This document shows, piece after piece, positions 10,980-24,195 of a stretch of 64,000 bases of DNA. Both the position numbers and the translations under genes were made by a program. This DNA is from Hypanus sabinus (lineage: Eukaryota), in contig NC_082724.1 of NCBI RefSeq assembly GCF_030144855.1, positions 21,886,001 through 21,950,000 of the forward strand, in the 5' to 3' direction. Numbering within the stretch: position 1 is the first letter of the stretch; every line of letters begins with the position of its first letter. Below the pieces are notes generated by a model. That model was not told the DNA's origin. It saw only the letters and a program-made list of their open reading frames with translations, and ran no database searches.

Positions 10980-11230
10980 CTGTATCTTAAAGGAGAAGAG
11001 CACTTTTGTCTGCAACAGAGCACTGGCAGCACATTTTCTTGATGCTGCACGGGAGTCTTTGATGGAAGGCTCGAACGGGGGCAAGAAAACACTTGGATTC
11101 ATACTCAGAAAGCTGTGGTAGTCAGTGCTACAAGTCAAGGCCTATGGGTCTGGGGACATGACTGAAAGACTTCACTGCTAATGCGTGCTTAGGCAAATTC
11201 AGCAAATGCACTTTCAACTGCTTCTGCACC
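10980..11230 (+). mobile_element. Possible PIF/Harbinger Myb/SANT-like ORF relic
   Basis: The translation LAAHFLDAARESLMEG...KKTLGFILRKLW*SV resembles the F..A.LE.L.E...W..V pattern of Harbinger Myb-like proteins. Heavily degraded. Confidence 0.3.
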
Positions 11231-13529
11231 ACCAAGCATACATGCTGCTGAATAACTAAACCCCAGCTCCTTCTTACCAAGTATCTCAACAGATCAGACT
11301 CAAACCTAGCATTAACTTGTTTGTGTATACCTTCAGACACTTCATACAATGGCAAGCTTTGCATGTCAGCTTGCCCCCACTGTCATTATTCAATTAGCAG
11401 AACCATGTCCCCCAAATGTACTTGCTCACATACTCACCTCTTTCTTGGTTACAAAATGCAATTGAATCATATATAGTGGTAATTAACTAAGAGAATATAC
11501 TGTAAGAGAGATGCGCTTTTGCAACTTAATCCTTAGAGGGAATGCATATTTCTGGAGGCTGAGACCATCAAAAATACAAGTGTTCTAATTTCTAATTGTC
11601 CTTTACATTTCACACCTCCTTCCACATCCTCCAGAGTAAGGCAGGCCAAAAAAGCAAGTAAACAACGATAAAGACATGGTGGATAATTTAGAGGATATCA
11701 GAGAGGTGAGGTCTTCTTAAAAGGAACAATTACAAAAATATCTCGCAGCAAGGAATTCTACATCAGCAAAAGGTTTCGGTGTGGATTTAAGGTCCTCTGG
11801 AAGATCTGTGTGAAGTGGATGTGTGCCCCAAACCACATCAGGAAACTGACCCCAGACCAGAATTAAAATACCATGCTATCTGTGAAGGCAGACAAGCTTA
11901 AATTCACCCTCATCATGCACCTACCCATCACCCCACTTAATATGAAATAAAAAGGGTTTCCAGTAATTTGATCAACATATCAATTGGGGAAAAACGGATT
12001 AGAGAGAACAGATGATTAAGGAAATGGGGGAGGGATGTTGAACAAGTAAACTTTTAATTTATTGTACTTTTGTGTAGTTTAGCTGCAGTCTTGTATAAAT
12101 GGTAATATGACTACTCCTGATTTTTATATGTTATTTAGTGTTGTTCCAGCATCAAGCAAAATTGGCCAATGCAGGAAGACGGAAGTTTCCCTGAACCTAC
12201 TAGCAGTGTAAGGGCTTAAGAAAAATAGTTGTATTAGATAAATTAGTTAATAGGTCATGATTTTATCTATACCTTCTCACAACCTTAAGTTACCATGGCT
12301 TTTTATCAACTAAACATCAGTTTATCAAGTTTCCCATTGCTCTAAATTAGGATGTGGTACCTCCGATTTCAATGTGTAAATATGTTTATGATATTTCTCT
12401 GTTTCTTGGGAAGATTAATTGCATATCTATGTTGAGAATAAATTTTTAACTGAAGTATAAGAATATTTAAAGGAAGTGCAGTGTTATTCTATATTTATGC
12501 ATCATGGAACTTCCTGCACAAAAATTTAGTCTCTTCTGAATTCATTTCTTGATGGTTTAAGTATAAAGGCAGCATAAAGGTAAAATTGTTTTTTGTTGTG
12601 ATGTCAAGCTTTTGTGGAGATGGAAGATCCATGAGCAACTTGAGGAAAGGCTGTCCCATCAAGCCTTTCTCCTGTCATCCACCTGGTGTTGAATAGCCTG
12701 TAATCTACGGTGGTATCTTTGATCTGAAGTGACAATTAATACCCAGATTATATTCAATTAAATTAAAATAATTAAATCAAATTAGCAACATTTGTGCCTT
12801 TTTTCAAGGGTTCGAAAGCCATTAATCCTAGCACTCATGATAGAAGAAAGTCTTCTGCTGATGACTCACTGCCTTGCAGTTTTCTTTTATATAGCAAAGA
12901 CGGTACATTTTACCCAATCAGTAAATCCTTCTCCAGATGACTGCACTGATACTAAAAATATATTGTGGAATATTCTGAAAATGCGATACGGTGTCCTCAA
13001 GTGAGAGTAAAAAAAAGCCTCATGTATCAGCATTATTTGCCTCTGAAACCAGGCTCAATAAGATGTCTTCCCCTTGTATTCATGTTCAGTAAATGGTGTG
13101 GGATTGGGTTAGGGCCAAATCAACCTTTGGCTAAAAATGCAATTGCATATTGCTTTCACAATATGTGTAATGAAAAATAATTATTTTTCCTGTAAAAAAA
13201 ATGATAATAGCTAATTCCATGTTAGTTCATGTCATCAGATATTTGACCAGCCAATTCTTCTTGTGTCAATATTGCTACTATGATACATTTACCATATCAA
13301 TAGCATTTAGGTTGGTTTCATTTCTGACGCATCATCCTTTCTGGAGCTTTACAGGGAACTTCAAGGACATTTATATTGGAGGTGAATGTTGTTAGGCAAT
13401 CTGGGGACAATTTGATCTTCCCTGTGCTGGTAAGCTGGCTAGAGCATTCATTGAGATTTCTAACTTCTCACTTTGGCAGTCTGAGATACCCACCTACTTT
13501 AAGTAGGCTTCAATTATACCAATGCCCAA

Positions 13530-15015
13530 TAAGAACATGGGTGACATGCCTCAAAGACTATCATCCAGTAGCACTTACATCCACAGTGATGAAGTGCTTT
13601 GAGAAGTTGGTGATGAAACATCAACTCCTGCTTGAGAAGCAAATTAGGTCCACTCCATTTACCTATTGGAGCAACAGTTCCTCAGCCAATGCCATCTCAT
13701 TGGCTCTTCACTCAACCCTGGAACATCTGGACAGCAAAGGTGCATACATTAGGATGCTCTTTATTGACTACAGGTCAGTATTCAACACCATCATCCCCGA
13801 AAAACTAATCCATAAGCTTCAAGATTTTGCCCTCGATAAGTCCTTATGCAATTGGATTCTCAATTTCCTCACTTGCAGACCCCAGTCAGTTTGGATTGAC
13901 AACAACATCTCCTCCACAATCTTCATCAGCACAGGTGCACCACAAGACTCCGCTTAGCCCCCTGCTCTGTTCACTTTACACTTATGACTGTATGGCTAAA
14001 CACAGCTCCAATGTCATATTCAAGTTGGCTGACAATGCCACATTCATAGGCCAAATCAAAGATGGTGATGATTCAGCATATAGGAGGGAGATGAAAATCT
14101 GGCTGAGTGGTGCCATAACAATAACCTCTCACTCCATGTCAGAAAGACCATTGAGCTGATTTTTGACTTTAGGAAGAGGAAATCAGAGGTCTGTGAGCCA
14201 GTCATTATCGGAGGATAAGAGGTGGAAAGGGTCAGCAACTTTAAATTCCTCAGTGTTAATATTTCAGAGGACCTCTCCCTGGGCCCAGCACTTAAAGGCA
14301 ATTACAGAGAAAACACAGCAGGGTCTCTAATCCTTAGGAGTTTGCGAAGATTCGGCATGACATCTAAAATTATGTCAATCTTCAATAAATGTGTGGTGGA
14401 GAATATATTGACTGGCTGCATCAGAGCCTTGTAGGGAAACACCAATGCCCTTGAACAGAAGGCCCTTCAAAAAGTGGTGGTTACAGCCCAGTCCATCTTA
14501 GATAAAGCCTTCCCCACTGTTGAGCACATCTACATGAAACAATCACAGGAAAGCAGCATTCATCATCAGGAACCCCCACCACCCAGGACATGCTCTCTTC
14601 TCACTGCTGCCATCAGAAAGAAGGTACAGGAGCCTCATGACTCACCCCACAATGTTCAGGAACAGTTACTACCCATCAACCATCAGGCTCTTGAATGAAA
14701 GGTAATAACTTCACTTGTCCCATCATTGAAATATTCACACAACCAATGGACTCACTTTCAGGGACTCTTCATCTCATCTTCTTGATATTTATTGCTTATT
14801 TATTTATTAGTATTATTTCTTTCTTTTTGTATTTGCACAGTTTGTTGTCTTTTGGACTCTGGTTAAATGCCCAAGTTGTTGCAGTCTTCCATTGATTCTG
14901 TTATGGCAGTTATTCTATTATGGATTTATTGAGTATTCCCACAAGAAAATTAATCTCAGGGTTGTAGGTGGTGACATATATGTACTTTAATAATAAAGTT
15001 ACTTTGAACATTGAG
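13530..15015 (+). mobile_element. Rex1/Babar LINE: degraded RT plus 3' tail
   Basis: DYHPVALTSTVMKCFEKLV, MLFIDY.S.FNTI, GAPQ..LSPLL.SLYT.DC and KLADN (degraded FADD), with stops and frameshifts; tail ends aataaagttactttga. Confidence 0.9.
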
Positions 15016-15517
15016 CATTCAAGTCCCTTCCCCACCAGATCACTAATTGAACGTCACTCTGTTTATCCATTTTATTTGTGTTTGTTTAATTCTTAATATT
15101 GTCTTTTTGTAATTAAAAATCAGTTTATATTGTAGAATCCCATTAATGTTTTGTGGATTTATTATTATGCATAGCTTTTCTTTTGTATTGGCATGGCTAA
15201 AACAAATATGCCACATCTAATTCAACTTGTTCCCTTAAACAGTTTTAAAAATTCATATGCATAGTCTTCACATCCAGCCCATTTTCTTTTTACAGTATGA
15301 TAATGGTATCAACACTGTCAGAATATCCTGTTTCCCTAGGCAACAATCCCATTCTGAAGCTTTAACATTTATGAGGATGATTCCCTCAGTATGAGTGACA
15401 TGATAGATTTATCAGGAAGATTTTCAAGTTGAATTGTAAATGTCTACTATAAGATCATATTTATGAACTGACGGCAAAAGGCAATTAGAAGAAATTGTCC
15501 TGCTAAGATTTTGATGA

Positions 15518-16225
15518 TCAAATTCAAAGTAAAATTTATTATCAAAGTACATACATGTCACCCCACAGAGCCCTGAGATTCTTTTTCCTGTAGGCATACT
15601 CAGCAAATCTATAAAACAGAACCTGTAAACAGGATCAATGAACAATAAACTCTGCAAATGCAAATGTAAGTAAATAGCAATAAATAATGAGAACATGAAA
15701 CATAAGGATAAGGTGTCCTTAAAATTAGATCATTGGTTGTGGGAACACCAGAAATAGAATGAGTGTAGTTACCCTCTTTTGCTCAATAGCCTGATGGATG
15801 AGGGGTAGTAACTGTTCCTGAACCTGAAGGTGTGAGTCCTCAGGCACCTGTACCTTCTACCTGATGGCAGCAGCGAGAAAAGAGCATGGCTGGAGTGGTG
15901 AGGAACTTTGATGATGGGTGCTACTTTTCTATGACAATATTTTATGTAGATGTGCTTAATGGTTGGGAGGTATTACTCATGACGTGTTAAGCTGAATTCA
16001 ATATCATTTGTAGGATTTTCCGCTCAAAGGCACTGGTATTCCCATACCAGGTCAGAATGCAGCCAGTCTCATGGACCTCTGGTTTCCTTCTCCTTAAGTC
16101 TATAATCAGTTCCTTGGCTTTGCTGACATTGAACGAGAGGATGTTGTTATGACACCACTCAGCCGAATTTTCAATCTCCTCCAGTATGCTGATTGATCAC
16201 CACCTTTGATGCAGCCCACAACGGT
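15518..16225 (-). mobile_element. Rex1/Babar LINE 3' fragment
   Basis: Inverse homolog of roughly 14040-15015, with an internal deletion. Confidence 0.8.
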
Positions 16226-16517
16226 GTGGCATACAACAATGTTGCACAGCAGCCGAAGGAAACCTTACAGGACTTGGACGCTTCTGTAATTCTATAATGT
16301 AATTTCTAGCAACAGGGAGTTCGGAACACTAAGCCAGTGCTCTCTGATGGTCATAGCTGACCAAATAAATGGAATTTTACTGACAAGTGGTGCCGTTTTG
16401 CGGCTGTTGTAAAGTTGTGTTGCCAACAGCTACGTTCCTGCTGACGAGGTGATGTAATGTACAGCATGGTGCTCACTTTCTTGACTTGTTATTCCTCTTT
16501 CAGTGTTATGTTCAGAG

Positions 16518-17270
16518 ATAGGTAAATGGTAAGGCATTGAGGAATGCAGTAGAACAGAGTGATCTAGGAATAATGGTGCACTGTTCCCTGAAGGTGGAAT
16601 CTCATGTGGATAGGGTGGTGAAGAAAGCTTTTGGTATGTTGGCTTTATAAATCAGAGCATTGAGTATAGGAGTTGGGATGTAATGTTAAAATTGTACAAG
16701 GCATTGGTGAGGCCAAATTTGGAGTATTGTGTACAGCTCTGGTCACCGAATTATAGGAAAGATGTCAACAAAATAGAGAGAGTACAGAGGAGATTTACTA
16801 GGATGTTACCTGTGTTTCAGCACCTGAGTTACAGAGAAACGTTAAGCAAGTTAGGTCTTTATTCCTTGGAGCGTAGAAGTTTGAGGGGGGACTTGATAGA
16901 GGTATTTAAAATTATGAGGGGGATAGATAGAGTTGACGTGGATAGGCTTTTTCCATTGAGAGTAGGGGAGATTCAAACAAGAGGACATGAGTTGAGAGTT
17001 AAGGGGCAAAAGTTTAGGGGTAACATGAAGGGGAACTTCTTTAGTTAGAGATTGGTAGCTATGTGGAACGAGCTTCCAGTAGAAGTGGTAGAGGCAGGTT
17101 CGATTTTGTTATTTAAAAAAAAAATTGGATAGGTATATGGACAGGAAAGGAATGGAGGGTTATGGGCTGAGTGCAGGTAGGTGGGACTAGGGTGAGAGTA
17201 AGCGTTTTGTATGGACTAGAAGGTCCAAGATGGCCTGTTTCCATGCTGTAATTGTTATATGGTTATATGA
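16518..17270 (+). mobile_element. CR1 LINE 3' fragment
   Basis: LYKALVRPNLEYCVQLWSP...RVQRRFTRMLP...RGDLIEVFKIM, followed by a CR1 3' UTR. Confidence 0.92.
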
Positions 17271-20200
17271 ACTGACCTTGAGGAACTGAGATTTTGTCTG
17301 TAGACTGGGCTGTTGCTGCTTTTCACACTGATGCAAGCCAATTCAAACACTTCAAGGTGGTTTACACCCAGAAACATGCACTAAAATACAACCCACACAA
17401 TCTCTAATAGGTCCACACTCATTCTAGCACAGCCAGATATCTGCCACACCTGACCCAATTGCCTTGTATTGTATGTAGAAGAGAAGGGCAGTGTGCAGAG
17501 AGAGCCACCTCTGCTATTTACAAAATATGGTGTAGGAATCTTGGTGCAGGCAATAAGTCCAGGAAGCTTACCCTGTCTGCCTTAGGATTGGGCAAGCTAA
17601 CCTGAAAAATGGACTGTTATCTCTCTACCCCTCTCCCCTCCCCCCCCCCCCGTCTCCCCCCTCTCTTCAGTGGTGCTGCCCATTCATCCACGTACTCTAT
17701 TTTTAATTGTTGGATTTGCAGCACCTGCAGGGTTTTGCTCTGCTTTTGGAAGAGCCTTGCAGGAGGTGGCTGCATCACTGTAGATTAGGAAAATCATTGA
17801 AATAGCGAGTAATGCTGGACAAAAATCAGGGTGGCCTCTGGAACAACCAGGAGGCACAACTATTACTCCACACGTGCCATCTCCTTGTTCTCACTCCATC
17901 CAGTGGCCTACAGTCCTGCCCAAGCCAGGCATTGGGATTCTGGTAGAGTGGAGGTGGGGTTCCGTACTGTCTCTGCTGTTCCATACTGACTGAGGAGAAC
18001 CCTACCATTGAGATTGACAAGGCTGATCTAGCTGCACTGCAAGGTAGTTTTCAGGCTGTCAAACACAACTGAGTGCAAGAGTTAACAAGCAGCTTGAACA
18101 ACCACCTCCCTGCTCTCAAGGAACCAGGAAACTATGACCTCATCTCTGAGGCCTTGCCTTGCACTAAGTGAGGAACCTGTCAAAGATAATATGCTGGTTT
18201 AGGTGATGACTGCTGTGGTGATACAGATTGAGGCCACACAAACTCTTCCTGGCTGCAGTGGTGTCACACTCCGATCCAGTTAAAGGTCTGGTCCCTGCCA
18301 TGTGAAAGCAGCTCGAATCTCCAAAAGAACAACATAATGTTGCCAGGGAACAGCCTGGTTTCCTCATAGAAGAGAGAGGTGCCACTCGAGCAAAGCCTTG
18401 TGCTCATTGAGCACAGCAATGGCATGTGTGGATTGCTTCTCGCAGTAGACAGGTGAAAGCACTCCATCAACAGATAATGGGCTAGAAGGCGCAAAGGATG
18501 CTGTGCCTGAGCAGGTAGCACTCCTGGGTGAAGCAGAGAGTCGCCACATGTGAGCAGAATGCTGCTGTTGAGGAGCTGGACTCCAGCATGTGGCGTTTGG
18601 TCTCTTTGCTGCAGAAGCAGAGCCATCCACTCCACTGCTACCTCACACACTCCTTCAGATCGGGCAGACAGTTGACTCAGGTGAATCAGGGCCTTTCTCT
18701 GTTCATTCACGTGAAGTGGATGTGATTGGCAATGCCATCATTTATTGTTCCTTATTCATTTGCCCCTGATCTGACTGGCAGTTAGGAGTCCACCACATGA
18801 AAGACAATATGAGGTGAGGATAACAGTTTTCTTTTTTCAAAAGGCATTAGTGAGCTTGTTGGACTTGTACAGCAACCAGTGATTTCATGGTTACTATTGT
18901 TGAAACGTGCATTTTGTTTCTAAGCTCAAGATTGAAATTCAGAATTCGTCAGGTGCTCTGGTGGGAATCAAGCTCAGGTCTTTGGACTAATGATCCAGAA
19001 TTCCGATTTCTGGTCTAGTGATTTAACCAAGGTGCTCGCAGACTCTGTTATCTGGTCCCGATATTGAGATAATGGTAGAAAGGTGTCAGTATCAGCAGAG
19101 ATTTGTACAAGCCTCCATTGTCTCATCTGAGAAGTTGTTTGATCTGTCACACTCACTCAGTTATCCCAGGCTATGCCGTCAATTGCTAAGCAGTAGTCTG
19201 AAGCTTGTTCCTATAGGGCAAGAGCATAGAGAGATTATCCAAGTTATCTGCATGGACACAATGTGAAAGCGGGCATCCTTTTAGCAGCCATACTAGACCA
19301 CATAGGGGAGCCCATAATGTGGCAGTAGGACATTACAACACGGACATTTTATTTTCATGAAGGATATTGAAATTAAGTTTATCTGGCATTGTTACCAGCA
19401 TTCTCAAAACTGTTGAATTATAGTGCAAATTGTCGATTTAATATTGCAGAGATAAATCACATTGATGTGGCAACTGCTGTCTTCACTGCATATATCTTTC
19501 TGGAAAGGTTGCTAATCACATGACTGTCATGTGATCATGCCCGAGCTGAGCTTTGAGGCTGGAACATTGAGTTATTGTTTTCTCCTTGCAAGTAGGAGCT
19601 TCATGACAGTAGACCATGCAGTTATGACTTAACACCATGACCAGTTGAGCTTTCAGTAATTGCATCTGACCCACAGTGGCAGAGGGGTGGTGATTACTGC
19701 CCAGCAGTTCTTATCCCTCAGTTTCTTTGTTTTTCTTCGGCCACCACTGTGAGAGGGTGTCCTCCATGAGGAACAGAAATGTGAGCTGTTTCACAGGATG
19801 GCATGAAATATTTGTTCCTTGTTGCCCTTGGAGTTCTGCTTTATGCAGGCAACTGAAAGTGACAGGGGTAAATAAGAGTACGTTAGTGGGAAATGATGTA
19901 GAAAAATCAAGTCCAAATACTTTCCCTGCCGTTGTGTTAGTTCTCTTTCATTGTGCATCCTATAATGGTCAACTGTAATGGCATAATGGGAATTCCAACT
20001 GGTGTACAACTCAGGGTTCCTTACTTCTAAACTAATGTAAACTGTATTGATGTATCTTTGATATTGACTGCATCTTTGATTATTCCCCGCAATGGTGGCT
20101 ACAATATTGATTAGCTGTGATTGATGCTGAGCAACAGTCCAAAGGGTTCAAGGTCTCATCCAATGTTAGACCCACTGAGTGGAACTGAGCTGAGCTCAGC

Positions 20201-20419
20201 ATTGTGGTTTAAGCAATGGGCTGCTCTTCAGAAAAGGCAGAGGTTTAGTAACAAGCTTTTACCAATGAGAGGGTCAAGGATTCATCAACTGAAATGTTAT
20301 ATTCAGGATGGGGGTGGGGGGAACAGCAGACTGAAAGGAATCTGTACATCATCTGGGCTTTCTTAGCTGTTTATTGGTAAATTTTGTTGATGTTGATGAT
20401 TGTAGGGTCAGAGAATATT

Positions 20420-21290
20420 TATTTTATTGTTCTGTCATTTTTTAAATCTTTGGCATAATTTCTCTGGTCTCATTTTGTAAGAGACCCTCATTACCTTTCA
20501 TTAATCTTTTCAGTTTAGAAGCTTTTGAAGTCCAGTTAATACAGTTTCTTGTTATATTATCCCCAATTTCTACTTCCCCTTTTCTTATCAATACCTAAAT
20601 CTGACTTTTCTGAATTCTGAAATGTTCCTATTCATTGCTCTTCATTCCAACATCTTAGGTATTTTCCTTTGAAAGTTTTCTTTATCTTATTAATCATTAC
20701 TAATCACAACCTGTTCTGTTAAAGTTTAAGCACTAAATGGATATGTATTTATTGTAACGAGTATTAACTCAGTATTAGTCATTACTGTTTAATTAGTTTC
20801 TCAATCTATTATAGCTAACTCAACCTCATATCTTAGAAATTTGTTTGGCTGGGATTTAAGTGCTTGGATTCAAATCAAACTAAATTATTTTAATCATTAC
20901 ATGACATTCTTTGATATTATGATTACAATTCTCTAGAGGTATCTTCACCACCAACTTTTTAATTAACCCTTTCTCATGTCACAATGTTCATATACAATAG
21001 GCTGTACCCTTGCTGATTCCTTAACATAGTAATCTAGAAATCCATCTCTTACAGAAATAGTAAATTTATCCTCCTTACTACTCCTACAAAGATGGTTCTT
21101 TAAACATAAAGCTGAACCTTTCCCCCTGCCTCCACAAGTTTCCTTACTTACCAAAGGCTATGTGCACTAATGTACATTTGCTGGGCACCTCATAACGTTT
21201 TTGTGCTGCCAACCCATACAATTTTACCCCTCTGCTGAGGCATGCTACCATGCAGCACATTGGCTCAACACTTGCAATCTCACAAATTAA
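20420..21290 (-). mobile_element. Old, highly degraded CR1 relic
   Basis: The minus strand gives the fragment VRDGFLDYYV.E..R (CR1 endonuclease-like); the upstream part resembles the ORF1 esterase. Confidence 0.4.
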
Positions 21291-21700
21291 CATTCTGCAA
21301 AAGTAGTATCCTGCACTGGACATCATTTAATCTTGCCTGGCAACCAATGTATCATTTCATTCAAATTTAGCCCCCATGTTTCTTTAGTTATAAAAATCCC
21401 TGCTTCTTTTGACAAACCTATTCAATGTTAAAGATGTACAATTATAACAGCACTAAAACCAGTAAGAGTTAAGAATTAGGATAATAGAGAAAAGTTAACT
21501 CATGGTTGATTAAACCTGTGCATCACAGCTGGAAATTAACTAGAAACTCGGAATGAATGGTCTTTCTTCAGTGGTGAAAAATCAAAAATAATGTTGAAAG
21601 CCTCTGCTTTGACAATTTGACTGGTTTATGTTACTGGTTATTATAATAGAATGGCTCAAATCATCAACAGTATAATCATATTTTTCTTTCTGCTACTCAG

Positions 21701-21772
21701 CTGACGACGGATTCGGATCGCGTTCTAATGACGACGATTGCAATGCCAGTATTTAGCAAGAAAAATGAAACA
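21701..21772 (+). CDS. CACNA2D3: CACNA2D3 exon (72 nt): LTTDSDRVLMTTIAMPVFSKKNET
   Basis: tttttctttctgctactcag| acceptor and ACA|gtgagt donor; contains the VLMTT.AMPVFSK.NET motif. Confidence 0.95.
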
Positions 21773-22187
21773 GTGAGTATACATTTTCAATTCATCACAT
21801 GCAGGCATTGACCTTATTTGTAATCTACAGCAAGTGCAAGGAATTTGAGCTCAGTGGTGGAGTTTTTTTGAGGAAAATAAGATATAATGTCTGAAGCATG
21901 GTTTTAATTCTGGGATAGTATTGATAAAAAGCATAGCTTAGTATCATGTGCACCATGAAATCAACCAGCAAAGACAATTCAGGAAGCTTAGAAGCATACC
22001 TCCTTGGGCTATCCAGTGCCTTGGGGAAGAGAGAGGGATAAATGGGAGTGAGGCAGTTTAAATTAGAGAGTAAATTGAAAGCTGAAAAATAACACAAAAA
22101 GTGTTATTAATAGTTATTATTAATAGTCAACCAATGGAGTTATTTTTATGGGAGATAATTATTTTGATATTTTTATTGCCTTGGCAG

Positions 22188-22268
22188 CGCACTCAAGGTA
22201 TTCTTCTGGGTGTGGTGGGAACGGATGTTCCAGTAAAAGAGCTTTTGAAGGTTATTCCAAAGTATAAG
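22188..22268 (+). CDS. CACNA2D3: CACNA2D3 exon (81 nt): RTQGILLGVVGTDVPVKELLKVIPKYK
   Basis: ttggcag| acceptor and AAG|gtaagt donor; contains the GILLGVVGTDVPV motif. Confidence 0.96.
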
Positions 22269-22812
22269 GTAAGTCTTTCTATGAAACCTTTGTGTTTACG
22301 GTTATTTGTAATACTCCCCTGGACTTTCTGAGATTTATCCATGAAAAGTATAGTCGATAGTTAATAGAAACCTCAGCGAAATTTGAGCCAATTTCATTTT
22401 GAAGTCTTCTGATCCTATTTTCTTGGATGCAATAATGTTTATTGGTAGGAAGCAAAGTGTAAAGGTGGACAGGATTGTATGTCACAGGAAGCCTGTTTGC
22501 AATGAGATTCTTCAAGTCAGTGGCAGGGTTCTGGTCTTCCATAGTTTATCTAGGAGCCTTAACTAAAGAGTTTGGAGATACTGTAAGAACTGGTGGTATG
22601 GTTGATAGCCAGAAGGAAAACTGCATCCTGATGCAAAATGTCAACACAGGATGAAAGTGGCAGGAAAACAGTAAATAGTATTCAGTCCAAAGAATGATGA
22701 ACAAATAGTCAATGAATGGCGAAGGTGAGAATACTTAAGGGATGGAAGGACATGTTTATAGATCACTCAAATTAGTTGCAGTGATTAATAAACTGCATTA
22801 ATAAGTGGTTAA

Positions 22813-22962
22813 ATCACAAACAAGAGAAAATCTGCATGTGCTGGAAATCTGAGCAACACACACAAAATGCTGGAGGAACATTTTGGGCTTGAAACGTTGA
22901 CTGTACTTTTTTCAGTAGACGCTGCCTGGCCTGCTGAGTCCCTCCAGCATTTTGTGTGTTAA
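22813..22962. mobile_element. Penelope-derived palindromic short element
   Basis: Same arms as the 2211 copy; perfect TSD AAGTGGTTAA at 22803-22812 and 22963-22972; inserted in a decayed CR1. Confidence 0.8.
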
Positions 22963-23042
22963 AAGTGGTTAATAAGATTAATAAAGAGGATAATATACTT
23001 AATTAAAATAATTAATATATATAATATATTTAATTAATATAA

Positions 23043-23821
23043 TTAAAAGTGTTTCTCTCTATGAGTCCACTGGAGCTACTGCTTTTAAGTAACATGTCAC
23101 TCTGCACTAATATCCCTTCACTGATTCCTCAGTTGTCTTTCTTCACCTGCAGCTCCAAGCAAACTTAGTTTCTTAACAACCAGTATGGGGTAAAGTATAC
23201 CATAAATGGCAGTTTAGGGTTTTGTTATATAATATACTCAGATCAGCCTCTATAGCCACTGAGAACCCACCAATAGACAACTCCTTTAGAGAACATCATA
23301 CTTGGCTTGAGCGATGACACTACCAATAGGCCCCAAGTTAGAATGCACTATGTACTTTAAATGTTTACATTTCTATTTCAATACATGTAATTTAAAAAAA
23401 TCTATATACTATGCCAGGATTGTACTGGCAAAGCTATCAGAAGTCAAGTACATCAGTTGCAAATACCTGAGTTAATAACAATGCTTTAGGCTTAAAGTTG
23501 ACATTAAGAGTTCTATGATATTTATATACAAATTTTAGATGCCTAAATTAGTACAATAATAGTAATATTTTTCTCTATGGTGGTTAAAATAAAACAGGTG
23601 ATAACATTTGTGGTTGTGGGTCTTCTGCAAGAAGTTTAAAAGTGTTTCTCTCTATGAGTCCACTGGAGCTACTGCTTTTAAGTAACATGTCACTCAGCAC
23701 TAATATCCCTTCACTGATTCCTCAGTTGTCTTTCTTCACCTGCAGCTCCAAGCAAACTTAGTTTCTTAACAACCAATATGGGGTAAAGCATATCATAAAT
23801 GGCAGTTTAGGGTTTTGTTAT
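23043..23821 (+). repeat. 186-bp direct duplication (23043-23228 and 23636-23821)
   Basis: The two copies differ at 4 positions by eye and are separated by 407 bp. Confidence 0.92.
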
Positions 23822-23929
23822 GACTGAATGTATTTATGTATCTGAATCTTAGAATATTCTGCTTACAATGATAATTATTGCATACATATTCCGAATGTTA
23901 AAAAAGACAAAGCCTGGTAAATATTTAAA

Positions 23930-24195
23930 ACTTCAAATTTCAAATAGGTTATCAAAGTATGTATAGTCTTGAGATTCATCTTCTTGTAGGCCCCCACAAA
24001 GCAAAGAAACACAACCCAATCCATGAAAAAAACTCGCACAACAAAGGCAAACATCCAATGTGCAATAGAGGACAAATTGTGCAAATAGTGAAAAAAAATA
24101 AGCAGCTAATACATAGAACACGATCAGCCGTGTCTCTGAAAGTGAGCCCACAGGCTGTGGAGTCATTTCAGCACTGAGGCAGTCCAGGAACCCCA
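23930..24195 (-). mobile_element. Rex1/Babar LINE 3' tail
   Basis: Tail homologous to the other copies; flanked by aaacttcaaatt / aaactttcaaatt. Confidence 0.65.

Noticed and set aside
17630-17665. C-rich run (G-quadruplex potential on the minus strand)
   Set aside because: A short homopolymer tract with no evidence of function, and prone to sequencing error.
21144-21326. Minus-strand exon-like segment with a strong donor (TTG|gtaagt)
   Set aside because: The peptide resembles a decayed CR1 ORF1 esterase and adjoins a minus-strand CR1 relic; no partner exons were found.
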